Of a stretch of 64,000 nucleotides of DNA, positions 9,052-17,951 are shown piece after piece (the first letter of the stretch is position 1; each line of letters begins with the position of its first letter). The notes beneath the pieces are model-generated. The model had not been told where the DNA came from. It ran no database searches and saw only the letters and a list, made by a program, of their open reading frames with translations. Origin of the DNA: Calditrichota bacterium (lineage in GTDB: Bacteria > Electryoneota > AABM5-125-24 > Hatepunaeales > Hatepunaeaceae); contig JABGPL010000003.1 of the NCBI GenBank assembly GCA_018644935.1, positions 19,639-83,638 of the forward strand, given 5' to 3'. A program made the translations under genes and the position numbers.

Positions 9052-9803
9052 GTCTTTCCCTGTTGTGTTTTATATCCGTGTAGTAAAAGCATCAATCCGA
9101 TTAATATCATAGACAGCGTTCCAAGCATGCTGACCGTGATATCTGTAGATCCAATTTGAAATGGGACCATACTCGATTGATAATGACGAATTGTCTCGTT
9201 AAAAAATCTGGCTATTCCGTACAAAACCAAAAATAGATAGAAGAGCTCTCCTGTAAATTTGCGGTGTGGGGAACGCAGAAGAAGCACTCCCATAATGACT
9301 AAGCCGTAGAGAGATTCATAAACCTGAGTTGGATGGAGATGTTCACCAGGATATACCGATCCTGCCAGACATGTCGTTGGAAATACTATTCCCCATCCGA
9401 TGCCTGTTGGAATCCCAAAGCAACAACCATTAAGCAAACATCCGATACGCCCGATTGCCATTCCCAGTGTAAGTGAAGGTACCAGTATATCGAGCATTTT
9501 TAGTGTGGGGATGTCCCGCTTTTTCAGAAAATAAACAGCCACCGGAATAGCTAGTGCAACTCCACCAAGAACCACCAATCCAGCAATTCCAACAGTCCCA
9601 TCGCTCTGAATCGGACTGATGACATCAAGCCATCGTCCGCGAAATTCACTCAGATGAAAAACCACATAGGTGAGCCTTGCACCGAGAAGTGAGGATATCA
9701 GAATCCAGACGACCATATCCATGACAACGTCGGATTTTATCCCATTCGCTTTCGCGCGGTGAATAGCCAGCAAAGTTGATGCTGCAAAGGCGAGAAATAT
9801 CAT
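9048..9803 (-). CDS. lgt: prolipoprotein diacylglyceryl transferase (the true start is probably upstream of the ATG)
   Basis: It has a GRIGCLLNGCCFG signature and multiple TM helices. The 22 codons upstream of ATG 9803 are open and encode THPVLIDLGRIKLHSYGL. This matches the conserved Lgt N-terminus (E. coli DPVIFSIGPVALHWYGL), but the stretch contains no ATG/GTG/TTG. Confidence 0.85.
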   Translation of the reverse strand: MIFLAFAASTLLAIHRAKANGIKSDVVMDMVVWILISSLLGARLTYVVFHLSEFRGRWLDVISPIQSDGTVGIAGLVVLGGVALAIPVAVYFLKKRDIPTLKMLDILVPSLTLGMAIGRIGCLLNGCCFGIPTGIGWGIVFPTTCLAGSVYPGEHLHPTQVYESLYGLVIMGVLLLRSPHRKFTGELFYLFLVLYGIARFFNETIRHYQSSMVPFQIGSTDITVSMLGTLSMILIGLMLLLHGYKTQQGKT

Positions 9804-9940
9804 TAGACCGTAACTGTGCAGCTTTATTCTGCCTAAATCAATAAGTACCGGGTGCGTGATTCCTCCTCAGGAATTGTTGGTTTCGCAATTAGTAAGTACC
9901 GGGATTTATAACATCTTTGAAATGTTCGGATTATTGAGAG

Positions 9941-9974
9941 AATTGTCATTCCCGCCTGCACGGGAATGACAATT
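9941..9974. repeat. REP-like perfect hairpin AATTGTCATTCCCG-CCTGCA-CGGGAATGACAATT
   Basis: 14-bp perfect inverted arms with a 6-nt loop, in the lgt-htrA intergenic region. Confidence 0.8.
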
Positions 9975-10009
9975 GTTTCTAGATTCTGAATATCTCAAAG
10001 AGCTTATTA

Positions 10010-10049
10010 TACCCATTTAAAATAGGTCGTCGAAATAAGATTCCGACCT
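10010..10049 (-). terminator. possible intrinsic terminator downstream of htrA-like gene
   Basis: On the minus strand: AGGTCG...CGACCT stem followed by ATTTTAAA, about 15 nt after the stop at 10064. The stem is short. Confidence 0.4.
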
Positions 10050-10063
10050 ACATAGCTCTATGT

Positions 10064-11548
10064 TTATGGCCTGATCGGGATGAACATTCGTCGTCCTTCC
10101 CGGATGACCCAGAATGGAATTGCTTTCTTTCTGTCCTTCAATTTCTTAGCTATCTGTTCAAAATCTTTAGTGTCCCGAATCTCTTCACCCCCAAGTTCGA
10201 CGATTACATCACCGTCAGAGAGGAGACCTTGAGCGGGTGAATCGACTGCTATTTTCAGAACCACAACACCCTTAATCTCCTGAACTCCAAATCGCATCCC
10301 CTCACGACTGTTCGTTTCAGCGACTTCTATACCAAGCCAACTTTGAGGTTGTTTTACAATTTTGGCAGCTTTGTCAATATACTCACTTCTTTCGCCAAGT
10401 TTAAATTTGAGAGATTTTATTTTATCCCTCCTCCAGACAGTCATTTCAACCTTGGAGTCCGGAGCAAATCCAGCAATCTTAAACCTGAAATCAGTTAGAT
10501 TCAGAACTTTCTCATTGTTAATTTCAATGACAACATCACCACTCTCCATTCCACCTTTCTCAGCTGGTGTATTCGACTCGACGCTTTCGATGAAAACACC
10601 TTTTATATCTTCATCGACACCAAGTGCTTCTCGCTTAACAGGCGTTAACTCGGATGGGTAAACACCAAGGTACCCGCGATGAACTTCTCCGCTAGTTTGC
10701 AGTTGCTCAATTACGCTTCTTGCCTGATTAATTGGGATTGCAAAACCAATTCCCTGCCCCTGAGCATTAATGGCTGTGTTTATCCCAATGACTTCGCCTC
10801 GGATATTTACCAGAGGTCCGCCTGAATTTCCATAATTAATCGAAGCATCGGTCTGAATGAAGTTCTGAAAGCTGGGTCCATCACCACCTCCGATAAAGAG
10901 GTTCGATCTACCACGAGCACTTATTACCCCAACGGTCAATGTCCAATCCAAACCAAATGGATTGCCGATTGCAATAGCCCATTCACCAATTCTGATTTTA
11001 TCGCTATCACCAAGTTTTGCAACCATTTGAGGCGGAATAACACCATCCACCTTAATCAAGGCGACATCAGTTTCGGGATCAGTTCCTATAATTTCTGCCT
11101 GACGCTCTGACCCGTCAGCGAATTTAACAGTAATGTTGGTTGCTTCAGAAATAACGTGGTTATTCGTGATTATTAACCCATCCTCACCGATAATTATGCC
11201 GGAACCTCCACTCGTAACTTTTGGCATCGGTGACGATCCCTGAGACCTGGGTGGTTCACCGAAGAATGGTCCAAAGTCAAACATATCAAACGGCAGGTTC
11301 TTGTGACCTGCAATCTCTTTTTCTGCTTGTATATTAACCACAACTGGCTGCACTTTTTCAGCAACGAGCACAAATGGGCTATTCCCTTCGTCATCAACAA
11401 GTGGCACAGACGCTGCCGGGACAGCTATAGACTGTGTATTAAACGGCTGAGCTGAAATGGCCGTAGGCGTTTCCCAGCCGGTCGCGAGCATAAATCCTGC
11501 TGCAATGCAGGTTAATGCAAATAGTCCTGTGAAGAAAATTCTTTTCAT
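10064..11548 (-). CDS. htrA: HtrA/DegP/DegQ-family periplasmic serine protease with two PDZ domains
   Basis: Signal-like N-terminus. The catalytic triad contexts are TNNHVI, DVALIKV and GNSGGPLVN. Two PDZ-like segments follow (GVFIESV...GDVVIEINN and GVVVLKI...GDVIVELGG). Confidence 0.9.
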   Translation of the reverse strand: MKRIFFTGLFALTCIAAGFMLATGWETPTAISAQPFNTQSIAVPAASVPLVDDEGNSPFVLVAEKVQPVVVNIQAEKEIAGHKNLPFDMFDFGPFFGEPPRSQGSSPMPKVTSGGSGIIIGEDGLIITNNHVISEATNITVKFADGSERQAEIIGTDPETDVALIKVDGVIPPQMVAKLGDSDKIRIGEWAIAIGNPFGLDWTLTVGVISARGRSNLFIGGGDGPSFQNFIQTDASINYGNSGGPLVNIRGEVIGINTAINAQGQGIGFAIPINQARSVIEQLQTSGEVHRGYLGVYPSELTPVKREALGVDEDIKGVFIESVESNTPAEKGGMESGDVVIEINNEKVLNLTDFRFKIAGFAPDSKVEMTVWRRDKIKSLKFKLGERSEYIDKAAKIVKQPQSWLGIEVAETNSREGMRFGVQEIKGVVVLKIAVDSPAQGLLSDGDVIVELGGEEIRDTKDFEQIAKKLKDRKKAIPFWVIREGRRMFIPIRP

Positions 11549-11807
11549 GTTCTCTTGAATTTAGTTTTAGTCATGAGTCGTAAAACGGTTGTTTTCTAAA
11601 TTACACTTGGGAAATCGTCTGGATGTTCCCCGGTATAAATCACGATAATTTCCGACCTGTCCCAAATAGCCACATAGTTTACCTGAATTCCAGCCGTAAA
11701 CATTTCTCTCTTCTTAATATACGAGACAAAAGCCGTGGAGCATTGACTAATCATATGATTTTACCAATTACAAGGAAATGAAAGTAAAGCCCGAGGGGTG
11801 AGAATTG

Positions 11808-13022
11808 TCAACCGAGGATGTTTTTTAGCTTTTTCTGGTTTGTAGTCAGTTGCCTGTAACGAGCAGTTTCGAATAGCTCAGCGTGGTGAATGAGACATTC
11901 CTGACCAAAATAATATGCCTCTTCAAATCTCCTTGCATTTACCAGACTGCGCCAAATCATATTACCGTGATCGAATGTTTTAAGTGTGGAAATAGAGTCC
12001 TCTCTGAGCAGCTCCTCGTAGCAGCCAATTTCACTTGCGCTGGCACCCTCTTTAGAGTTAAACCTCTGGATCAGAATACTCTTTAGTTCAAAGTGTTTCA
12101 TAAAGACATGCGCCTGGAGGTGACGACTTAATTCAAGAGTTTTATTGAACAATTTTCTATTGAAGTGTCCAGATGTATAAAGCTCCACATAGAAAGCATT
12201 TGAGTAAGGTTTTACAAGTACATTCAACTTGCTGTTATTCGATTCTGGTAAAGATTGAAGCAGATTAATGGACTCAGAGTTTAACTTTGTGAACTGCCGG
12301 ACAGATCGTGTGCTTCCATCAATGTTTATTGACTCGATATCATTTGCATCTGCGTAAAGAATTTTACGCCAACTCTCCTTTTCCAGATCCGAAGAAAACC
12401 TTTTTGCGTTGAGTATTGCAGATTTGAAATCAACAACGTTACTACGACAGATAATTTCCGTATCTGCGAGCCGAATAAAAGCATAGGGGACGCACCAATC
12501 AGGAAGCCGTCTATCATTGATTGCGGCTTTAATGAAGTTTTTAAGGATGTTCTGATAACTTGAGTAATTGTGTTTCCTGTACATTGATTTCGCAATTTCC
12601 CACAATGATTCAACATCCGTTTTCTCATTTACCGGGATTGCTGTTATCCATTTCAGGTACTGAGTTAACAGCTTAAGATCAGTGTGAATGCTCTCATTGT
12701 CCAACATTAATGTATATGGACCAGTTGTAGACAGGTATAGATAGTTTTTAAAAAAATCTCCGACTTCAGGTTGGAGATCAAAGTAACTGGAAGTAATATA
12801 TTTACCAATCGCAGTTTGCTTCGTTTTCTGGAAAGCAAGCAAACGTTGGATGTCTTCGAGAGTAGCCCAGCCATTATCAAGACCTGTGAGGCGACGATAG
12901 ATCAGCAGTGCAAGGAATTGTATCCAGCGGGTTCGGGTAATTTCTACCTGAATACCCTGAGCTTGAATAATCAAGCTGGGTTTGAAAGCATCGTCATCTG
13001 TAAATGTCAGGCGTAAAATCAC
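11808..13022 (-). CDS. hypothetical protein, paralog family copy 2
   Basis: 404-aa ORF with the same motif order as 2566-3825: EITRTRWIQF, YRRLTGLDNGW, AIGKYITSSYFDLQPE, ESLWEIA and a C-terminal FGQECLIHHAELFETARYRQLTTNQKKLKNILG. Confidence 0.6.
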   Translation of the reverse strand: MILRLTFTDDDAFKPSLIIQAQGIQVEITRTRWIQFLALLIYRRLTGLDNGWATLEDIQRLLAFQKTKQTAIGKYITSSYFDLQPEVGDFFKNYLYLSTTGPYTLMLDNESIHTDLKLLTQYLKWITAIPVNEKTDVESLWEIAKSMYRKHNYSSYQNILKNFIKAAINDRRLPDWCVPYAFIRLADTEIICRSNVVDFKSAILNAKRFSSDLEKESWRKILYADANDIESINIDGSTRSVRQFTKLNSESINLLQSLPESNNSKLNVLVKPYSNAFYVELYTSGHFNRKLFNKTLELSRHLQAHVFMKHFELKSILIQRFNSKEGASASEIGCYEELLREDSISTLKTFDHGNMIWRSLVNARRFEEAYYFGQECLIHHAELFETARYRQLTTNQKKLKNILG

Positions 13023-13257
13023 TATCAGAATCTACGTGATAATCAGGAAATGCGATTTATATCAACAAACACTAAATGGTACAACGTAATAATATAGACC
13101 AACCTGACGCGGAAATCAAGTCCAATTCAGAATTTCAAGGTCAACATTAATGGAGTAGGTATCCAAATATCACATATTGGAAACGTCGATATACCCATTC
13201 TATATTGGGGAGTGTGGATATTGCTAACATTGAACTCCTGAACAATCTACATAGGAA

Positions 13258-15348
13258 TTACTTCAGCAACGTAATTTTAGCTGTTTTTGTAAGTTGCCCG
13301 GCTTTTAATCTGACTAAATACACTCCGCTTGGGAGGTCATCTGCTTTAAATGAAAACTGATATGATCCTGCAAGAAGCTGCTGTTTTATCAAACTGATTG
13401 TTTCCCTACCTGAAATATCCAATATGCTAAGCGAAGTTTGCTGTTGCTCAGGTATCGAGAAGCTTATGTTTGTCGAACTGTTAAACGGGTTGGGGTAAGG
13501 TGAGTCAAGCATGAACTTGTTTGGCACCGTTCTGCCTGAAATCGTTAACAGCTCAAATCCATCAGTTGTATATTTGATAGAAGGATTGTCCAATTCGGGA
13601 TCAAACACCAGGCATGTCGCACTATCCCTAACCTTAAAGGTAATAGTTTCTCCCTCAATAGCTCCTTCAATTATTGATGTAGTTGGATCATCTCCCCAAA
13701 CTGCCATTCCGGAAGGCGAATCATCATTTAGAATAGCTGAACCAACACATTTCCCATCTGGAGTAAAAGCACCAATTTCACTCCCGATCCCAAAAAGTAA
13801 TCCTGCTTTGTCAGCTGTAATGAGAATGCTCATGTTGTTTCCGGTGGGCATGGGTGCCAATAAATGGGTAGGAATGGAATAAGTCATGTCTTCCACGTTT
13901 CTTATTCCATCTTCAGGGACGTTCCAAACCAGAACGGCTTCTGCGTTCATTTTAACATAATAACCCTGAGACCGCCTGAGAGCTCCCATGTTGGAAAATC
14001 CGAAATCCGGTCTGTAGAAACGACCATAGAAATCTTTGATCAATATGAGTTCGTCAACAATACCGGCGACCGCATCCGGAGCTGCCACACGCTGTTCAGG
14101 GAGATAAGGAACCAGTGTCCAGCCTTCACGAAGATCAATTGGAGTATCCTCTGGAGCAAATTGACCTGAAACTACCAATTCATCCACATCAGTCATCTTC
14201 GCTTGAAAGGCCCGTGTGACAACCCAATCACCCATATTATTGAATCCCGGTCCCGGAGCGTAAAATTGCCCCTGATCATTTTTTGTTAGACGCAAATTAT
14301 TTCGGTCTACCACATCAGCCCAGACACTTTCCATATCCGCAGGTATAGGTTGGATAGGTGAAGAAATCATGTTCCATCCGGCATGAAGTCTTATTGTAAA
14401 TTCACCAATTTCTGTTGGAACATATGAAATATCCATATAAACCGGCAGGTGATCACTGGCATCGTGAAGTGCTTGAGCGACCTCCTCCGGCACCGCCTGA
14501 TTTTCTCCCTCAGTGATAGCCTGATTGAGATGATTACCATCATTCCCATATGCAGTGTAACTATCAGCGACATACATCCAGCCTTCTTCATCGTCAAAGG
14601 TTGAAGTTATAAATATGAAATCAAAACGGTCATCAAGACCACCGGGTGCTCCTCCACCGAACTGATCGGTTCGAGTGCTCTGCGTGTGCACCGCCACAAA
14701 TTCTTCACCATCATGCCAATCACCGGGAGTTTCAATTGGGTCTTTGAACAATTCGTTCTCGTGCAGAGCTGCCCAAACAGGCTCGTCACTGTCATACAAG
14801 TTAAAAACACCTCCGAACAGGATGTTTTCAGCATTAAGCCCTTCAGCATCGATATAGTTCAGAAATTCATTGACTTCCCCGAGCCTTCGCTGTTCATTTG
14901 CTCCGCCAGAACTTCCTTTGAGGTAGGTTGTAGCAACATACAATACAGGTAGAAAAGGCTCATTAATTCGACTTAGAGGATATACCGTCACATCTCGCAG
15001 ATCAGTTTCTATTGCAACCGGATTCCCACATGTAAACAAGTCGCTACGAAAAAAACACATGTTATCGTTTTGACCTTCACGGTCGATATAAACCGCCCTG
15101 TCAAACACTTCTGCGTCAAGGACTTCGTTCAGGAAAAAGTCCGCCCCATCCTCGCTGATAATATCCTGACAAATCAAGATATCCGGAGTAACGCCATTTA
15201 CAACCGACTGAAAAGCAGCGACCCTTGCTTCATCATCACTGTCAAAGCGGAGTAGACTATATGTCGCAACGCGGATTGTTTCCTGCTGCGCAAAACAGGA
15301 TGCCGCTGCCACGAGTAGTGAGATTAAAACTAAAAGAAGATGTTTCAC
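13258..15348 (-). CDS. secreted endonuclease/exonuclease/phosphatase (EEP) family protein with tandem GW-type module and T9SS C-terminal domain
   Basis: I prefer GTG 15348 (VKHLLLVLISLLVAAASCFAQQ signal peptide, AGAGAGG 8 nt upstream) to the track start at 15459. The EEP pattern is IRVATYSL...DILICQDI...SDHLPVYMDI. The tandem module spans aa 353-513 of the track ORF. The C-terminus YPNPFNSSTNISFSIP...GVYLVRLKAG...ITLLK is T9SS-like. Confidence 0.75.
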   Translation of the reverse strand: MKHLLLVLISLLVAAASCFAQQETIRVATYSLLRFDSDDEARVAAFQSVVNGVTPDILICQDIISEDGADFFLNEVLDAEVFDRAVYIDREGQNDNMCFFRSDLFTCGNPVAIETDLRDVTVYPLSRINEPFLPVLYVATTYLKGSSGGANEQRRLGEVNEFLNYIDAEGLNAENILFGGVFNLYDSDEPVWAALHENELFKDPIETPGDWHDGEEFVAVHTQSTRTDQFGGGAPGGLDDRFDFIFITSTFDDEEGWMYVADSYTAYGNDGNHLNQAITEGENQAVPEEVAQALHDASDHLPVYMDISYVPTEIGEFTIRLHAGWNMISSPIQPIPADMESVWADVVDRNNLRLTKNDQGQFYAPGPGFNNMGDWVVTRAFQAKMTDVDELVVSGQFAPEDTPIDLREGWTLVPYLPEQRVAAPDAVAGIVDELILIKDFYGRFYRPDFGFSNMGALRRSQGYYVKMNAEAVLVWNVPEDGIRNVEDMTYSIPTHLLAPMPTGNNMSILITADKAGLLFGIGSEIGAFTPDGKCVGSAILNDDSPSGMAVWGDDPTTSIIEGAIEGETITFKVRDSATCLVFDPELDNPSIKYTTDGFELLTISGRTVPNKFMLDSPYPNPFNSSTNISFSIPEQQQTSLSILDISGRETISLIKQQLLAGSYQFSFKADDLPSGVYLVRLKAGQLTKTAKITLLK

Positions 15349-15789
15349 AGGATTGACCTCTCTTAAATAACAACATGGAATTGCAGAAAAGGAGAATGTA
15401 CTAGGAACTGAATATCGGACTGCAACTAAAAAATATAAATACACAATGGGACGAATCAAAGTCTTCTTTTATTATCGAGATAGGAATGTGTTATTCAGCT
15501 TGCGCTAAAGTGAGCGGGGAGGAAGGACATTCATCTCCTACATTACCCGAAGGCAACCCGCATGAATTGAAAGGGGAAACAACCCGAGGCTGATGTGACG
15601 TGAAGGAATGTACATCCTCCTGAAGCATTGTTCCTTTATAACATGAATGAATTGAAGTTGTTCCTTAGCCTTCACAGCAGAATGAGTTGTAATAAACCTA
15701 CATAAACTTTATATTTAATGAGTATTTGCATTTTTCGATCAAATTTAGACAAAATACAACATTAAACCTTTTGAAGATAAGGAGTAAAC

Positions 15790-17277
15790 ATGGCGAAGGA
15801 ATATCTTAATTATATTGCTGGTGAATGGGTCCCAGCCGATTCAGGAGAGTGGTTTGAAAACCGCAATCCGGCTCATTGGGATGAACTGGTGGGGTTGTTC
15901 CCAAAATCTGGAACAGCCGAGGTTGATCGGGCAGTCGCTGCTGCTAAAGAGGCATGGAAAACCTGGCGTCTCGTACCCGCACCTGAGCGTGGCGCGATTC
16001 TAAAAACCGCCGGTGACATTATGGTTGAGCGCAAGGAAGAAATTGCGACCCTGATGACTCGTGAAATGGGAAAGGTCCTCACCGAAACCCGCGGAGATAC
16101 ACAGGAAGGGATAGACACATTTTATTATGCAGCCGTTGAAGGTCGCAGATTGTTTTCACACACTGCTCCCTCAGAAATGCGTAACAAAATGAACATGTCA
16201 TTCCGCATTCCTATTGGTGTTGCAGGGCTTATCACCCCTTGGAATTTCCCAATGGCAATTCCCTGCTGGAAGTCATTGCCAGCATTGGTTTGCGGCAACA
16301 CAGTTGTCTTCAAACCAGCGTCTGATACACCCGCAACTGCAACAGTTCTCGTTGAGATCCTGCTCGAAGCCGGAATTCCCCCAGGTGTAATCAACATCGT
16401 TCATGGCGGTGGTGGTGTTGTCGGAAACCGAATTGTAAACCATCCTGATGTCAGTCTCATCAGCTTTACCGGATCCTCGGAAATCGGCAAACAGATAAAC
16501 AGCCTCGCCGGCGCTGATCTGAAGCGTGTTTCTCTCGAACTCGGCGGCAAGAACGCCCAAATCGTTATGGACGACGCAGACCTTGACCTCGCATTAGAAG
16601 GTGTCCTTTGGGGAGCTTTCGGTACAACCGGACAACGTTGCACAGCGACCAGTCGCCTTATTCTGCATGAAAAAATTCATGATAAATTTGTTAAAATGCT
16701 GGTTAAAGCCGCCGACAAACTCGTTGTTGGCGATGGTCTTGACGAGAAAAACAAGGTCGGGCCCTGCATCAATGAAGGTCAGCGAAATATCGTTGATGAA
16801 TATGTGCAGATTGGTAAAGCCGAAGGCGCAAAACTGCGTTGTGGCGGTGAACCATCAACCGAAGGTAAAAATTCAGAAGGCTGGTTCTACAAACCTACGG
16901 TGTTCACAGGCGTAACTCCAAAAATGCGGATATTCAAAGAAGAGATATTCGGGCCGGTATTGTCAGTGATCAAGGTGAAAGACTTTGACGACGCAGTTAA
17001 AGTTCATAATGATTGCCTCTATGGACTATCATCATCGATTTACACACGAGATGTAAATAATTCATTCCGTGCAATCCGCGACCTCGAAGCGGGAATCACT
17101 TATGTAAACGGACCAACAATCGGAGCTGAGTGCCACATGCCATTTGGTGGTGTCAAGCAAACCGGTAACGGTCACCGCGAAGGTGGTTGGCCTGTCTATG
17201 AATTCTACAGTGAGATTAAGACAGTCTATGTTGATTATTCAGGACAGCTTCAAAGAGCACAGATAGATAATTACTAA
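15790..17277 (+). CDS. NAD(P)-dependent aldehyde dehydrogenase family protein
   Basis: 495-aa ORF with ALDH signatures FTGSSEIG, LELGGKNA and GQRCTATSR (catalytic Cys context). AAGGAG lies upstream of the ATG. Confidence 0.9.
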   Translation: MAKEYLNYIAGEWVPADSGEWFENRNPAHWDELVGLFPKSGTAEVDRAVAAAKEAWKTWRLVPAPERGAILKTAGDIMVERKEEIATLMTREMGKVLTETRGDTQEGIDTFYYAAVEGRRLFSHTAPSEMRNKMNMSFRIPIGVAGLITPWNFPMAIPCWKSLPALVCGNTVVFKPASDTPATATVLVEILLEAGIPPGVINIVHGGGGVVGNRIVNHPDVSLISFTGSSEIGKQINSLAGADLKRVSLELGGKNAQIVMDDADLDLALEGVLWGAFGTTGQRCTATSRLILHEKIHDKFVKMLVKAADKLVVGDGLDEKNKVGPCINEGQRNIVDEYVQIGKAEGAKLRCGGEPSTEGKNSEGWFYKPTVFTGVTPKMRIFKEEIFGPVLSVIKVKDFDDAVKVHNDCLYGLSSSIYTRDVNNSFRAIRDLEAGITYVNGPTIGAECHMPFGGVKQTGNGHREGGWPVYEFYSEIKTVYVDYSGQLQRAQIDNY

Positions 17278-17286
17278 TGACAGTTC

Positions 17287-17321
17287 AGAAAGCCGGGCAA
17301 TGCCCGGCTTTCTGGTTTTTG
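17287..17321 (+). terminator. rho-independent terminator of the aldehyde dehydrogenase gene
   Basis: AGAAAGCCGGGC-AA-TGCCCGGCTTTCT stem followed by GGTTTTT, 10 nt after the stop. Confidence 0.85.
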
Positions 17322-17331
17322 GAAGTCGGAA

Positions 17332-17435
17332 GTAGCGTAGGCGTCCCTGCCTGCGATTTTGGCAAGCGTCCCTGCCTGCGCATTTTGCTTGCATTATTGC
17401 TTTTTTTAAGACGCAGGCAGGGACGCCTACGCTAC
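17332..17435. repeat. inverted-repeat element, copy 1 (GTAGCGTAGGCGTCCCTGCCTGCG ... CGCAGGCAGGGACGCCTACGCTAC)
   Basis: 24-bp perfect terminal inverted repeats enclose about 56 bp. The interior carries an extra half-copy, GCGTCCCTGCCTGCG (17366-17380). The same arms recur at 32836-32920. Confidence 0.85.
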
Positions 17436-17461
17436 TGAATATGTAAAACAACGAGCCAAAC

Positions 17462-17920
17462 ATGCCACAATATGATGACAAGCAAGATAAAGCGCGGAAA
17501 CAATATGAACAGAGCATCCACGACATCAACACCGACGATGTAAAAGATGCATATACTCGGGCGAGTCGCAGAATAAGCGATTTTGGATCGGATATCCCCG
17601 GTACTCTCGTCGAAATCTGGGAAGATATCAAACTCATGACTTCGATGATCAAGGATTATTACAACGGAACATACCGACAGGTACCCTGGTCAACCATTGC
17701 CGCAACCGCCGCTGCAATCCTCTACTTTGTAAATCCACTCGATATAATACCGGACTTCATACCGATTATCGGATATATTGACGATCTGGCTGTGTTCGCC
17801 GTTGCCTTGAAATTTATTGGAAAAGATCTGGATAAGTACAGTGCATGGCGAGAGGAGCAGCAGGAAACGGAAATCCGAAATTCGGATGTTGAAGACGCAG
17901 ATTTCGAAAATGTCGACTGA
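17462..17920 (+). CDS. DUF1232 (YkvA-like) domain membrane protein
   Basis: AAAILYFVNPLDIIPDFIPIIGYIDDLAVFAVALKFI is the characteristic DUF1232 pattern. Confidence 0.7.
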   Translation: MPQYDDKQDKARKQYEQSIHDINTDDVKDAYTRASRRISDFGSDIPGTLVEIWEDIKLMTSMIKDYYNGTYRQVPWSTIAATAAAILYFVNPLDIIPDFIPIIGYIDDLAVFAVALKFIGKDLDKYSAWREEQQETEIRNSDVEDADFENVD

Positions 17921-17951
17921 AAAGATTTCACAATAACACAGGATTACGATT

